A stretch of DNA of 64,000 nt from an uncultured bacterium (GCA_964344305.1 CAYFMT010000002.1:76310-140309); one strand, 5' to 3'. Shown: positions 48,801 to 59,179, counted from the first letter of the stretch. Program-made: numbers and translations. Notes: generated from the sequence alone by a model not told the origin.

Positions 48801-50419
48801 TGGTAGTCCGGCGATTCGCCATCAATATAATCCTGAAGTATGACAGTATAGGCTTCGTCCTGGGTATTCCACGTAATTACAAAATCAGACAGTTGGGAAA
48901 CGCCTTCTTTATAAATACGAATATCTGACGATGAAAACCCATCGATTTCGAATTGTGTGGTGGCTGATATATCTCCATTCCGTCTGAAGATGATCTCGTC
49001 CCTGGATGCCTTGAACAATCGACTGTATTCTATTTCGATCCAGTTCAAGTATACCTGATCGTATGGGTTTGATTCACTGGAGTTTTCCTGATTCAAGACT
49101 TCCAGCGTATTCAATCCATCAGTGAGAAATTCCTGTGAAATGGAACCCTCAATGGTTTTGGTTTCTTGATTCGCCCAGCTTCCTGAACCTGCAAGGTGGC
49201 TATTGATGAGAAACTGTACGATATGATCCCCGGTGGTGATTCCCTGAAAATTCAATCGAAGCGTGGCCTGGCTTAAATCTGACCCATCCGGTGTTGGAAT
49301 AATCAGATCAAATGGTCGAATGGTACCAGCATCTATGGCAGGGTTCATAAAAAAATGATCAAATGTGTCCCATTGTTGATGAAGCCTCATGGATCCAAGT
49401 CTGGTAAAGAATTCATCTTTTTCAATATGTAATTGTGTCCTGTAAGTAGCTGGTTGGTGCGTATCATTCAATGGGAGGTCTGGATAGGCACTTTCCTCTA
49501 TATATCTTAAACCTGGATTCCCACCCCACGTTAACCAGTACATATTGTCATTCGTATAAAAATTATTCCTGTAATCGACACCGTCTGGTGGGGGTGCTGG
49601 AAATCCCTGGAAGATAATATTATCACCCTGGTCAAACGAGCCATCAAACTCTCCAATAACGGTGATGAACTGCTCATCATCTCCATGCCAGAGCTGGAAT
49701 GTTCTAGGGTCAAGATTGGAAAGGGATATACTATCAGCAAGATCATCATATGTAATGGTATACCAGCCAGATGTATCCACCAAAACTCTAATAAGGTTTT
49801 CTGAATACTGATATGCTGGCACGTCATGAGTGGTGATCAATCGGGTGGATGCAGCCTGCACAGGAATATCTCTAAAACTTTTATGGGATAAAAACCCTGT
49901 TGAGCGAGTGCTTTGAGGCGTATTCCATGTAAGATGAATCGTTAATTGCCGAAATAGCGAAAACGTGTCATTTATTCTGACAATGGGATGTACAGTAATG
50001 ACAATAGATGTATTTCCTCGAATGGTTGGACCAGCTGCCATTATTACAGTCTGATCAGGAACAATATTCTCATCAACTAAGAATTCTATTTCTTCAGACA
50101 ATCCCTTGGACTTTTCCATTGTTGATGAATTGGGGTCAAACTCAATATTCGCGTCTACATTATTCTCGAACCAGTTCAAATTCGTACTGTGTGGAAGACC
50201 AACTATAATTTCATTTGAGAATGGAATTCCATTTTCCTTTATTTTTAATGCTGGAATTGATTTGAATTGACCGGCGTCATCTATAGAAGCAGATTCCAGT
50301 TCAAACTCGATGACCATGCTTGTGGAGGTATGAGAAACTATCCTGAATGGATTTCCATAAATCAAGCTGGTTGCAAGGATCAACAGATAGGAAATATGAA
50401 TATAATTCTTATAGAGCAC
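45809..50419 (-). CDS. Giant peptidase C25 (gingipain/PorU-type) protein with a C-terminal T9SS/FlgD-Ig-like sorting domain
   Basis: 1536 aa with a signal peptide. Catalytic His context INFLGHGGG and Cys context VTSMTCFSGD, as in C25 peptidases. The C-terminus YPNPFTDLTRFAYEL...IIWDGKTDEGDYVANGVYFYLMKV matches the Por secretion-tail / FlgD Ig-like pattern. Confidence 0.6.
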   Translation of the reverse strand: MLYKNYIHISYLLILATSLIYGNPFRIVSHTSTSMVIEFELESASIDDAGQFKSIPALKIKENGIPFSNEIIVGLPHSTNLNWFENNVDANIEFDPNSSTMEKSKGLSEEIEFLVDENIVPDQTVIMAAGPTIRGNTSIVITVHPIVRINDTFSLFRQLTIHLTWNTPQSTRSTGFLSHKSFRDIPVQAASTRLITTHDVPAYQYSENLIRVLVDTSGWYTITYDDLADSISLSNLDPRTFQLWHGDDEQFITVIGEFDGSFDQGDNIIFQGFPAPPPDGVDYRNNFYTNDNMYWLTWGGNPGLRYIEESAYPDLPLNDTHQPATYRTQLHIEKDEFFTRLGSMRLHQQWDTFDHFFMNPAIDAGTIRPFDLIIPTPDGSDLSQATLRLNFQGITTGDHIVQFLINSHLAGSGSWANQETKTIEGSISQEFLTDGLNTLEVLNQENSSESNPYDQVYLNWIEIEYSRLFKASRDEIIFRRNGDISATTQFEIDGFSSSDIRIYKEGVSQLSDFVITWNTQDEAYTVILQDYIDGESPDYHAFTEDRLRSPRRIRLESPLPNIQSIPESDYVIVSPDSFFVSIEPLREYRNATMVNVDHIYRWFTNGVTSPYAIKEFFSWTYQNWDQPQTHVLLAMQGKWMGWHGTSYYRQDFIPSMRIQTLGFGAVSSDFWYTTVQGDDHIPEFAIGRFSVSGKQELETMVSKTLEHSESSYRNWNWEVLNIGGYEETFKNQSEMLIPQEIHQGFFPLRLYIDQYSEGGDFYGSTDTLVHYLNRGVSYINFLGHGGGAVWADRSLLHGDDVDLIENPGKYPIVTSMTCFSGDVTNPDALGRLMLAKENAGAVGWFGSAGVGWIINDFLLLQPLHQRLFARNDLSLGDIINQGKIEYLATNSTFPNHAISQIYQFNLSGDPALVFHRGLELDAQISPGDPEPGEEVEVVSTADSLQFQLYNSDYYPGQKYPHPLNSTNYTLPDSIDPGVYTMNVMGKENEEWKSNSLPVNISGTTIHWVSISPERPSRSDSIDITIEAIDRHGIDSLFLWVNNVKERYFVNTTGDEYILETPLLLTVSGGTYNLRVEAVDTQNAISWSTTKQVRVKQVIDIHPEELSFFYGDSIYLKARIENGIHESGSGQLIIEKKVESTWQLLVEKPITTNGKGIDAYFVPVLLPSGINHLRLIAIADDPESYTRNDTLTASIEPNAFWVTPELGSTEDLVSHSKVNYFNTTFDILPNTVQNPGILSIKMGNAAGHEHQPGLTAVVDEAISISGIDDITFSGHWYLDSIPSHGELYFWNEEYQLWIPNDYVRTDTSVSFEHNQSGKWGLFSINDTQKPSLEASVNGQRFLQNSYVGSTPTLSIIATDENGVDPTNNNTIVWLDGLRQSDGIVSQKSSNNGSLSINLQPSLSHENSSLAILVHDIAGNPSDTLNLSFIVSEELKLIDYGNYPNPFTDLTRFAYELTESVDEFDLSIFSLDGRRIRRFDESSTLTALDPRIGAFHEIIWDGKTDEGDYVANGVYFYLMKVKKNKQSLESKGKVVKAR

Positions 50420-51473
50420 CGGATTTTCTGATAGTTTTTACGCGATTGATTTTTCCGGTTCGTGTTCTTTCAAAACTGGATAAAACAATGATGTCCCTGG
50501 GCTTTTCGTATGGATGAAAACCGTCAAAAAGCCAATCACGATCAAAAATGATTTTTTCCCTATTCTCAACGAATAAAACCACTTTTTCCCCCAGGGATGA
50601 GTCTGGCACACCACCAACAAAGTATGGATGCGTCCCAATCCGGGATTCCAATTTTCTTTCAATTGTTTCAGGATGCACCTTTATACCACCTGAGTTAATG
50701 ATATTGTCAATTCTCCCCAACCATCGAAATCTATCGGGTGGTTTCATCTCAACCATATCATGTGTATGCAAAGGGGATTTAATTGCCCACGCTGCATCAA
50801 TCATAAGACAGCTTTTCCTATCAATCCCTACTGATACACCTGGGACGGTCTGAAACCATTCTGATCGAAAAGGACCATTCACCCCTCTCACAGCAACATG
50901 AGTTAGAGTTTCTGTCATACCAAATGTTTCGTATACCTGACATGTGGTATCCTGAAGTGATTCTTCCAGGGATGACTGTAACCTTGCCCCTCCCAGAATC
51001 AATGTTCGAATTCTAGTCAGGTCGTCAGGTTTCTCCTGCAACAAACGTTGGACCTGATAGGGAACCATGGCTGCAAAATCGATCTGGGCATCAACGGGCA
51101 AAACCGGAAGCCCATCCGGTTTAGTGAGAAGCAAGTTCCACTGATTTTCAAACGCACGGATGATCATCATTTTACCTGCTATCGTAGTTGGTGACAGGCA
51201 TAGAAGAGCATTCGCCCCAGCATGTAAGCCGAACTTCCTGGCCGTCATTTCCGCAGATTGTTTGCACTTCCACTTTTCCACGTTGAATGATTTCGGTTTT
51301 CCTGTTGAGCCTGAAGATTGAACCTGAATTGAATTCTCATCATTCAACCATTCATCAATAAACCGAAACACATCTTTTTTCCATGCTTCCTCACTAGATC
51401 TCAAAATACTTTTAGCATGCTGTTTAAGCTGGGTAGGTGTGAATGATTTTCTCTGGATGGTATATTTTTTCAA
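50409..51473 (-). CDS. menE: o-Succinylbenzoate--CoA ligase (short AMP-binding enzyme)
   Basis: AMP-binding motifs (SSGSTGKPK, YETFGMTET, GGIKV). 354 aa. Its position in the men operon supports MenE. Confidence 0.7.
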   Translation of the reverse strand: MKKYTIQRKSFTPTQLKQHAKSILRSSEEAWKKDVFRFIDEWLNDENSIQVQSSGSTGKPKSFNVEKWKCKQSAEMTARKFGLHAGANALLCLSPTTIAGKMMIIRAFENQWNLLLTKPDGLPVLPVDAQIDFAAMVPYQVQRLLQEKPDDLTRIRTLILGGARLQSSLEESLQDTTCQVYETFGMTETLTHVAVRGVNGPFRSEWFQTVPGVSVGIDRKSCLMIDAAWAIKSPLHTHDMVEMKPPDRFRWLGRIDNIINSGGIKVHPETIERKLESRIGTHPYFVGGVPDSSLGEKVVLFVENREKIIFDRDWLFDGFHPYEKPRDIIVLSSFERTRTGKINRVKTIRKSGAL

Positions 51474-52501
51474 TATGGGACCTTACCCCAGGTTTTTGTT
51501 GGGTCAGACTGCATTAGCCCATCTTGAATAGAAAGTGGTGATGAAATATTATTTGTATATAGATGTCCAGTACCCAGACCCTGTGTCATATCTGAATTCA
51601 ATGAGGCTGTCCACTGTGCTATGGCATTTAAACCAATATTTGATTCGAGGGCTGATGTTATCCACCAACCGATGTTATGTTCTGAAGCGAGCTGAATCCA
51701 TTCCTGAGTTTTCGTAAACCCGCCTAAAAGCGAAGGTTTCAGAATGATATAGTCAGGTTGGATTTCGTTTAACAATTTTACTTTTTCAGGAAGCCCATGT
51801 ATACCAATCAACTCTTCATCCAGTGCAATTGGAATTGGTGAATCCTGACATAACCTACTCATTCCCTGCCAATCGCCTGATGGTAAGGGTTGCTCTATGG
51901 AATGAATGCTGAATTGTTGCAGAGTAATTATGTTTGTCAGTGCAGTATCTCGTGAAAAAGCACCATTCGCATCCAGGCGAATTTCGATTTCCTCACCATA
52001 TATTGATCGGATATATTCCAGTAAAGCACATTCGTCCAAAAAGTCTATGGCACCGATTTTTATTTTTATTACATCAAAACCTGACTGAATTTTATCGTCA
52101 ATCTGGTTTTTCATGTTTTCAACAGACCCCATCCAAATTAATCCGTTAATGGGAATTCCGGTTTTGCCATCTGTAAACATGTTTTTAAATAATAGCTTTT
52201 TCCCACCTGTATTGATATCCAACAATGCCATTTCTACTGCAAATCCAATTGATGGATACTGGATGAAATCAGTTTCATCAATACCACTGGAGTTAATCAG
52301 ATTACAGGTTTTATTCAACGCAGATTCTATCTCCGATAAATTGTCTAAGCTCAATCCCGGTAAGGGAGCACATTCTCCTGATCCAATGATACCATCCTTC
52401 TCAATAAATAGAAACCATACATCCCGGTTGTTCAATACACCTCGAGAAGTACCTGCAGGCTGTTTAAAATGCAGGGTATACCGTTTCCATGATGCATTCA
52501 T
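51470..52501 (-). CDS. menC: o-Succinylbenzoate synthase (enolase superfamily)
   Basis: KIKIG, RLDANGAF and ALDEEL metal-ligand and catalytic-lysine patterns of the MR/MLE subgroup, plus men operon context. Confidence 0.75.
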   Translation of the reverse strand: MNASWKRYTLHFKQPAGTSRGVLNNRDVWFLFIEKDGIIGSGECAPLPGLSLDNLSEIESALNKTCNLINSSGIDETDFIQYPSIGFAVEMALLDINTGGKKLLFKNMFTDGKTGIPINGLIWMGSVENMKNQIDDKIQSGFDVIKIKIGAIDFLDECALLEYIRSIYGEEIEIRLDANGAFSRDTALTNIITLQQFSIHSIEQPLPSGDWQGMSRLCQDSPIPIALDEELIGIHGLPEKVKLLNEIQPDYIILKPSLLGGFTKTQEWIQLASEHNIGWWITSALESNIGLNAIAQWTASLNSDMTQGLGTGHLYTNNISSPLSIQDGLMQSDPTKTWGKVPY

Positions 52502-52504
52502 GAA

Positions 52505-53401
52505 TCAGAGTCTCAGACCAATCCAATAAAGTATGCTTAGTGCAAATGTGCTTAATGACAGGAGTTTTAAATGTGGATCCAATGTGGCGTTATCCCGTGT
52601 CAGTTTAATCCGAATTGCCTGATAAATAATAAAAGGGTAAATCAACATGAAGAGGAATCGAAAGGGAGACAGAATATAGAAGTCTGTGAATAGTATTATC
52701 GATACTACCGACATTCCCATAATGATCAGATGGTACAGGCGTGCATTGGTGTCGCCAAGCTTTACAGCCAGTGTCAACTTGCCATGCAATTCATCCTGTT
52801 CCCGGTCTCGCATGTTGTTGATATTCAGGACACCTGTGCTTAATAATCCAATGGATACAGCTGGTAGCAACATTTTTATATCATATGTATTTGTGTGTAG
52901 AAAATAAACACCTGTTACGCCAACAAGTCCGAAAAACAGGAAGACAAAAAAATCACCAAAACCGACATACCCATATGGGTTATTACCCACGGTGTATTTC
53001 AGCGATGCGGCTATTGCACCAAGTCCCAAAGCCGCAAGTATCACTCCTGAACCAGAGTAGTGTCCAACGACTCCCTTGATAATGAGCCAAACGCCAAAAA
53101 TGGATGACAGTCCCGTGAAAATCAACATCATTGTGATCATTTGGTTTTTTGTAACCAACCCCTGTTGCATCACACGATCTGGACCAATTCTGGAACTGTT
53201 ATCCACGCCATGATGAAAATCGCCAAAATCGTTGGCAAGGTTTGCTAAAATCTGTAGAGACAGGGTTGTAAGCAATGCCAGGATGAATATTTCAATACGG
53301 AAATACCCATAGTAATCAGCGAGAGCACTCCCCATAATGATGCATGAAAATGCCAGAGGAAGTGTTCGAAGCCTAAAGGCGGAAATCCACGTTTTTATCA
53401 T
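52505..53401 (-). CDS. menA: 1,4-dihydroxy-2-naphthoate polyprenyltransferase (UbiA family)
   Basis: [11 protein letters not shown] and a second Asp-rich motif NNMRDREQD. Polytopic, 298 aa. Confidence 0.85.
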   Translation of the reverse strand: MIKTWISAFRLRTLPLAFSCIIMGSALADYYGYFRIEIFILALLTTLSLQILANLANDFGDFHHGVDNSSRIGPDRVMQQGLVTKNQMITMMLIFTGLSSIFGVWLIIKGVVGHYSGSGVILAALGLGAIAASLKYTVGNNPYGYVGFGDFFVFLFFGLVGVTGVYFLHTNTYDIKMLLPAVSIGLLSTGVLNINNMRDREQDELHGKLTLAVKLGDTNARLYHLIIMGMSVVSIILFTDFYILSPFRFLFMLIYPFIIYQAIRIKLTRDNATLDPHLKLLSLSTFALSILYWIGLRL

Positions 53402-54222
53402 GGAAACTTTGGATACTTCTTAAAGTCCGGATCCCTTTTTTCAAGAAATGCATTTTTTCCTTCTTTTGCTTCATCACTTAAGTAATATAACAATGTTGCA
53501 TTCCCTGCCAGCTCCTGGAGACCTGCCTGCCCATCCAATTCTGCATTAAAGGCTGATTTTAACATACGCAATGCCAATGGAGATCGTTTCTGGATTTTCT
53601 TACACCATTCAATGGTAGTTTTTTCCAGGTCGTCAAGGGGGACAACTTTATTGACCAGCCCCATTTCCAAGGCATCTTTGGCATCATACTGATCACATAG
53701 ATACCAGATTTCTCTGGCTTTTTTTTGTCCGACAATTCTGGCCAGATATGAAGCACCAAACCCTCCGTCGAATGACCCAACTTTTGGACCAGTTTGTCCG
53801 AAACGCGCATTTTCTGCTGCTATCGTCAGATCACAGACAACGTGAAGTACATGTCCACCGCCTATGCTCCAACCTGCTACCATGGCAATCACAGGCTTTG
53901 GGATGGATCGAATCAATTTTTGCAGATCAAGGACATTCAACCTCGGGACTTCATCCGTGCCAACATAGCCGCCGTGACCTCTGACACTTTGATCACCACC
54001 ACTGCAAAATGCTTTGCCACCTTCACCCGTAATGATCACCACATCAACTTCACTGCTTTCACGACAATATTCCATGGCATCAATCATTTCCTTTACGGTT
54101 AAAGGAGTAAATGCATTGTGAACTTGCGGACGATTGATACTAATTCTGGCAATCCCCTTGTGGAATCCGAACAATATTTCTTCATATTTCCTGATGGTTT
54201 TCCACGCTACGTGTGACTTCAT
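53398..54222 (-). CDS. menB: 1,4-dihydroxy-2-naphthoyl-CoA synthase
   Basis: Crotonase fold with [11 protein letters not shown] and [34 protein letters not shown]. 274 aa. Confidence 0.95.
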   Translation of the reverse strand: MKSHVAWKTIRKYEEILFGFHKGIARISINRPQVHNAFTPLTVKEMIDAMEYCRESSEVDVVIITGEGGKAFCSGGDQSVRGHGGYVGTDEVPRLNVLDLQKLIRSIPKPVIAMVAGWSIGGGHVLHVVCDLTIAAENARFGQTGPKVGSFDGGFGASYLARIVGQKKAREIWYLCDQYDAKDALEMGLVNKVVPLDDLEKTTIEWCKKIQKRSPLALRMLKSAFNAELDGQAGLQELAGNATLLYYLSDEAKEGKNAFLEKRDPDFKKYPKFP

Positions 54223-54223
54223 A

Positions 54224-55876
54224 TTATCTCTCTTTTATTCTATGTAATGCTTCCAAATTCTTATTTGTGTCTGTAAATACTTCCATGATTTTTGATGGTC
54301 CCTTTCGAGAAAAAAATGGTTCGATTCTTTCCATCAAATCCGACTCATCTTTAATAAGGATATAGTCCAAATTAAAATCTTTTGCTGTGTTTTTAGCCGT
54401 GAGTTCCTGTTTCGTTATAAGAAACTCATTGCATTCAGGGAGCAGGGATGGGCCATCGATTAAACCAAAAATCCCTCCACCATTGTTATTATATATTATT
54501 ACCCTGAGATTTTCAGGAATCTGTGAATGCCAGAAGGCATTTCGATCATAGAAAAAGGACATATCGCCTATCAGTATTACATGAAGTTGATCACTATAGA
54601 GCGCATGTCCCATGGCTGTGCTCATCACACCATCAATTCCAGATGTACCTCTGTTGGAGAAAACCGTTATGTCTTTTTTGACTCCAACCATGTTTACCCA
54701 TCGGACTGGCATGCTGTTTCCTATATGAAATACAGTTGTTTCTGGTAAATGGTCTATGATGGTTTTTGTCAATGAGATTTCATTGAAATCTGTCATGGCG
54801 CGGGCAATTTGTTTTTCAGCATCTTTAATACAGAGTTCCCAGTCTGCTCTATAGTTAATTTTCTCCAGGATCCTTTCATCGACCAATTGCTCAATAACAT
54901 CTTCTGGGGATCCATATATCTTGTCCGTAATGGATTGAAAAACATCAGCAGGATTTCCTGCTTCCTGTACATGCCAATGATTTGGGATATTCCATTTTCG
55001 TATACACGTTTTCATCGTCTTTGATACAATTGATTCTCCCATTGTCACCAATAAATCCGGTGTAAGCCTGGTTGAAGAATCATCGTCGATCATTCCAAAA
55101 ATAATATCATGGTAATCAATTATCCCCGGGATATGCTGAAGGTTGCTATGGCACTCTGCAATAATGGCAACATTCCTATTTGCGGCCAGTTTTTTCACGC
55201 GTTTTTTCAATTTTTTATTTGGATCTAATTGACCTATCACGATGAGTATTTTTTGAAAATCTGCCATATCAGGCAGGATCACAGGATGGATGGATTTTTC
55301 AGAATGCGGCTGAATATCCGGCAGATTTTGGGCTGATGTCTCCCCAATATCCTGGTAAAAAGGTTCCTCGATTGGTACATTAATATGAACCGGACCCTTA
55401 AGGGGTTGACTTGCAATCCTTATGATACTGGCTATTTCATGTGCAATGGATTCATGATGATAATCCAAAGCAGATCCAACCGGCATATTGATAAATGATT
55501 TAACATGGGATCCGTATAGGTTTTCCTGGTGTATGGTCTGTCCATCTCCCTGGTCAATCCATTCCGAAGGTCTGTCCGCTGTCATGACAATTAGTGGTAT
55601 ATGCTGGTAATAGGATTCAACCACTGCTGGATACAGGTTTACCGCAGCGGTTCCTGAAGTACAAACAAGCGCGACAGGTTCGCCTGAACTTTGTGCAAGT
55701 CCCATCCCAATGTATCCTGCACTTCTTTCATCTGGAACAACAGTTGTTTTTATTCTCGAATTTCGTGCAAACGCTACGGTCAATGGCGCGGATCTGGACC
55801 CTGGTGAGAGGACGGCATGCTTGATTCCCAGCTGACTGCATATTTCAGTCATCATATGTATATCATGGTATTTCAT
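54224..55876 (-). CDS. menD: SEPHCHC synthase (ThDP-dependent)
   Basis: N-terminal GSRSAPL and C-terminal ThDP motif GDMSFFYD...NNNGGGIF. 550 aa. Confidence 0.9.
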   Translation of the reverse strand: MKYHDIHMMTEICSQLGIKHAVLSPGSRSAPLTVAFARNSRIKTTVVPDERSAGYIGMGLAQSSGEPVALVCTSGTAAVNLYPAVVESYYQHIPLIVMTADRPSEWIDQGDGQTIHQENLYGSHVKSFINMPVGSALDYHHESIAHEIASIIRIASQPLKGPVHINVPIEEPFYQDIGETSAQNLPDIQPHSEKSIHPVILPDMADFQKILIVIGQLDPNKKLKKRVKKLAANRNVAIIAECHSNLQHIPGIIDYHDIIFGMIDDDSSTRLTPDLLVTMGESIVSKTMKTCIRKWNIPNHWHVQEAGNPADVFQSITDKIYGSPEDVIEQLVDERILEKINYRADWELCIKDAEKQIARAMTDFNEISLTKTIIDHLPETTVFHIGNSMPVRWVNMVGVKKDITVFSNRGTSGIDGVMSTAMGHALYSDQLHVILIGDMSFFYDRNAFWHSQIPENLRVIIYNNNGGGIFGLIDGPSLLPECNEFLITKQELTAKNTAKDFNLDYILIKDESDLMERIEPFFSRKGPSKIMEVFTDTNKNLEALHRIKER

Positions 55877-55899
55877 TGGAAATAAATACTATTTAAATG

Positions 55900-57075
55900 T
55901 TATTCCTGGAGCATTTGAAACAGCGTATCACATTTTAATTCTGTTTCAATCCATTCCTTTTCCGGATCAGAATCGTAGGTAATGCCATTGCCAGCATAGA
56001 TGACGGCTTCTGCCTCCCCAAGCTGCATGGTCCGCAAATTCACATTCAAACTGGTGGTACCGTGGACATTAACGGGACCTAAAAAGCCACAGTACAGCTG
56101 TCGAGAAAATGATTCCTCATTTATTATGAATTCCAGAGATGGTTTTTTTGGCATACCGCAAACAGCTGATGTTGGATGGAGTAACTTCATCATTTTAGTC
56201 CCAAGATCATCCACCTCGATGGAATTCATATCCACATAATAGTGGGTTTTCAAATGCATCACATTCCCTGCAATGGTTGTCTGTGGACCTGTTTCGATAA
56301 ATTCCCGGAGTCTTACTTTTTTAAACTGGTTGATAATAAATCGGCTGACCATTGCCTGTTCCTGAATCTCTTTTTGGGTCCAAAGTGCCGTTGCTGGATT
56401 TTTTGATTCATTTACTGGTTGTGTCCCGGCCAGGGCAATGGTTTGAAACTGGTTATGTTTATCTATTTCCAGCAGTATTTCCGGACTGGCGCCTATCCAT
56501 GTACCGAAAACCGGGTGGGAAACACATGAAATAAATGCATCCGGGTAGGTATTGATGAGGGTTCGGAAAAATGATCCAATTGTAAAAGATTCATTTAGTT
56601 GAACATTTTTAGTCCTGGCGCAAACGACCTTGTCAAACCGTTTCTCAAAGATGGCGTGAATACTGTCCTGGACCAACTCAAGGAACCTCCCCTGTTGTCC
56701 TGATATTGATGATGGTATTTCTTCATGGACATACCAGTCATTTCTGGAATCATTCAAAAAAGGTTCTATGAGGGAACAGAAATCAGGCTCATCATGAATA
56801 TTAATTTCACCAAACAACGGTAATGTAATCTGATAATCCGCTGGGATAAACCAGGATCCATCATCATCAATATGGTGGAAAGGATGTAGGATAAAACCAG
56901 GGGAGGATGATTCAAGCTCCACCTGTATTGGATCTTTTGAGACAGGCCCAATAATCCCATGCATGATCGATTCAGATGGATGTCTCCAGAATGCACATCC
57001 TAGACCTTTTTCCACAGCAGCAGAATTGGTAGCCGAGATCAATTGATGTAAACGAACTGGTGCGGAATTACCCAT
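55900..57075 (-). CDS. menF: Isochorismate synthase
   Basis: Chorismate-binding C-terminus (LHPTSAVCGMPK, RQLYCGFLG, NLRTMQ, AGNGITYDSDPEKEW). 391 aa. Confidence 0.8.
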   Translation of the reverse strand: MGNSAPVRLHQLISATNSAAVEKGLGCAFWRHPSESIMHGIIGPVSKDPIQVELESSSPGFILHPFHHIDDDGSWFIPADYQITLPLFGEINIHDEPDFCSLIEPFLNDSRNDWYVHEEIPSSISGQQGRFLELVQDSIHAIFEKRFDKVVCARTKNVQLNESFTIGSFFRTLINTYPDAFISCVSHPVFGTWIGASPEILLEIDKHNQFQTIALAGTQPVNESKNPATALWTQKEIQEQAMVSRFIINQFKKVRLREFIETGPQTTIAGNVMHLKTHYYVDMNSIEVDDLGTKMMKLLHPTSAVCGMPKKPSLEFIINEESFSRQLYCGFLGPVNVHGTTSLNVNLRTMQLGEAEAVIYAGNGITYDSDPEKEWIETELKCDTLFQMLQE

Positions 57076-57478
57076 GCTGACGTATGTTCACCAGTGTACA
57101 ACGACAATCACTGATTAACTGGTCCTGTTCGTTAGATATTTTAATCTCCCAGATCTGGGTACGTCTTCCAATATGAATGGGGACAGCTTTTCCCATAACC
57201 CACCCTGATTTAGCGGATCGAATATGGTTAACGCTCAATGTTAGTCCCACTATCCCCATATCTTCCTCCACGTTGAGGATTCCCCCAACGCTGGCAAGTG
57301 TTTCTGCCAGAGCTGCTGTTGCGCCCCCATGTAGCAGTCCATATGGTTGGATAGTTCGGTGGTCCACCGGCATTCTTGCCTGCACGCAATCCTTGGAGGC
57401 GTTCAGGTACTCTATACCAAGTTGTTCAGACAGGGTGTTTTTACTAATATCAGTAATCTTCTCGAGGAGTTGGTCCAC
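57068..57478 (-). CDS. Hotdog-fold PaaI/YbdB-type thioesterase, probable DHNA-CoA hydrolase
   Basis: GLLHGGATAALAETLASVGG motif. 136 aa. First gene of the men cluster, overlapping menF by 8 nt. Confidence 0.7.
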   Translation of the reverse strand: MDQLLEKITDISKNTLSEQLGIEYLNASKDCVQARMPVDHRTIQPYGLLHGGATAALAETLASVGGILNVEEDMGIVGLTLSVNHIRSAKSGWVMGKAVPIHIGRRTQIWEIKISNEQDQLISDCRCTLVNIRQHG

Positions 57479-57483
57479 TGCGC

Positions 57484-58260
57484 CTAATCCCCTGAAGAAA
57501 TAAACAATTGTGAGTTTAGATATCCACGTAACTCAAGTTCATCTATACCAATTTTTACAAACCGGCCATTCTCAGCAATGGAAACCCTTCCTCTTTCCTC
57601 TGATATGACAATCACGATCGCATCTGTTTCCTCGGAGAGTCCAAGGGCGGCCCTGTGACGGGTTCCCATGGACGGGTCTATCATGGTACTGTCGGTTAAT
57701 GGTAGTATACACGCCGCTGCTTCAATCATGGTGTTTTGAACAATAACAGCACCGTCGTGCATTGGGGAAGTTGGATTAAAAATAGAAACAAGAAGCGGTG
57801 CAGAAACCTCTGCTTTCAGGTCCATACCATTTTCCTTGTAGGATCGTAGACCCGTTTCGCGCTGAATGACGATAAGCCCTCCCCAACCATGTTTCATCAA
57901 TTCCTCTGATGCCGCCACAATTGCGTCAATAGATTTTGAGGAGCCAACCCGAAAAATCCTCTGGAAGAATCGATGCTGCCCTACATAGATCAGTAAACGA
58001 CGGATTTCAGGTTGAAAAAGGATAACAAACGCCACTACCCAGACGGTTTGAAATTGATTCACAAGCCAGGACATGGCACTTAGTCCAAATGCGTTGAACA
58101 GGAAGGATGAAATTAGCAGGATAATAAGACCCACGAGCATTTGTCCCGCCCGGGTTCCTCGGAAATACTGATATACCTTATAAAAGACCCAGCTCACTAG
58201 AACCAGATCAAATAGATCGATCAATGTGACAGTCAGGAATCCTATTTTGAATAAAGTCAT
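57484..58260 (-). CDS. cdaA: Membrane-anchored diadenylate cyclase (CdaA/DacA type)
   Basis: Three N-terminal TM helices, then a DAC domain with HDGAVIV and GTRHRAALG. 258 aa. Confidence 0.85.
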   Translation of the reverse strand: MTLFKIGFLTVTLIDLFDLVLVSWVFYKVYQYFRGTRAGQMLVGLIILLISSFLFNAFGLSAMSWLVNQFQTVWVVAFVILFQPEIRRLLIYVGQHRFFQRIFRVGSSKSIDAIVAASEELMKHGWGGLIVIQRETGLRSYKENGMDLKAEVSAPLLVSIFNPTSPMHDGAVIVQNTMIEAAACILPLTDSTMIDPSMGTRHRAALGLSEETDAIVIVISEERGRVSIAENGRFVKIGIDELELRGYLNSQLFISSGD

Positions 58261-58349
58261 CGTTTCTTTGTGTCAATTATCGTGAAATTTAAAGAAATCA
58301 GACCTGTTCTCCGAAGAGATTGTAAGGTAGACCAATGGCAGAAATCGCG

Positions 58350-59177
58350 CTATATAAAATGAGATGCCAGTTGAATCGCCCTATGATTCTCTTTCACATC
58401 ATGGACTCGAAGGATTTTAGCACCATTCATGACACAGGCAGTGATGGCTGCGAGGGTGCCTTCCAGTCTATCTTCCACCGGTAAACCCAATGTTTGCCCT
58501 ATGAAAGATTTTCGTGACGGTCCCATCAATACGGGATACCCCAGATCAACAAATCGAGTCATTCCTCGAATCAATGTGAAATTGTCCTCGACTGATTTAC
58601 CAAACCCGATACCCGGGTCGATTATAATATTCTTTCTTTGTATGCCTTTATCAACTATCTCTTTTGTTCTGGTATCCAGATAGGAACGAACATCTTCCAC
58701 CACATCCCTGTACTCAGGGTTTATCTGCATTGTAGCCGGTTCACCCTGCATATGCATGACGATCACAGGAGTCTGATGCTTCACTGCCACATCGACCATC
58801 GCACCTTGCCTGAACCCTGAAATATCATTGATGATATTTGCACCTGACTCAATTGCTTTTTCAGCCACCACAGGCTTCATTGTATCCACGGATATGACAA
58901 TTTCGCTTTCCTTGCGGATAGATTCGATAACCGGAATGACTCGTGCGAGTTCTGTTTCCTCGTCCAGTGAATCTGCACCGGGACGAGAAGACTCACCACC
59001 AATATCGATGATATCCGCTCCATCTTTTACCATGGAGAGTGCATGAGACAGTGCATTCTCTCCTCGTAAAAATAAACCCCCGTCGCTGAACGAGTCGGGG
59101 GTTATATTTAGAATTCCCATGATCAGAGGTCTTCGATCATGGGTTGTTAACCAGGAATTAAAGTCTGATAACCGCAA
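58350..59177 (-). CDS. folP: Dihydropteroate synthase
   Basis: MGILNITPDSFSDGG, DIGGESSRPGA and IIIDPGIGFGK. 275 aa. Confidence 0.9.
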   Translation of the reverse strand: MRLSDFNSWLTTHDRRPLIMGILNITPDSFSDGGLFLRGENALSHALSMVKDGADIIDIGGESSRPGADSLDEETELARVIPVIESIRKESEIVISVDTMKPVVAEKAIESGANIINDISGFRQGAMVDVAVKHQTPVIVMHMQGEPATMQINPEYRDVVEDVRSYLDTRTKEIVDKGIQRKNIIIDPGIGFGKSVEDNFTLIRGMTRFVDLGYPVLMGPSRKSFIGQTLGLPVEDRLEGTLAAITACVMNGAKILRVHDVKENHRAIQLASHFI

Positions 59178-59179
59178 TT

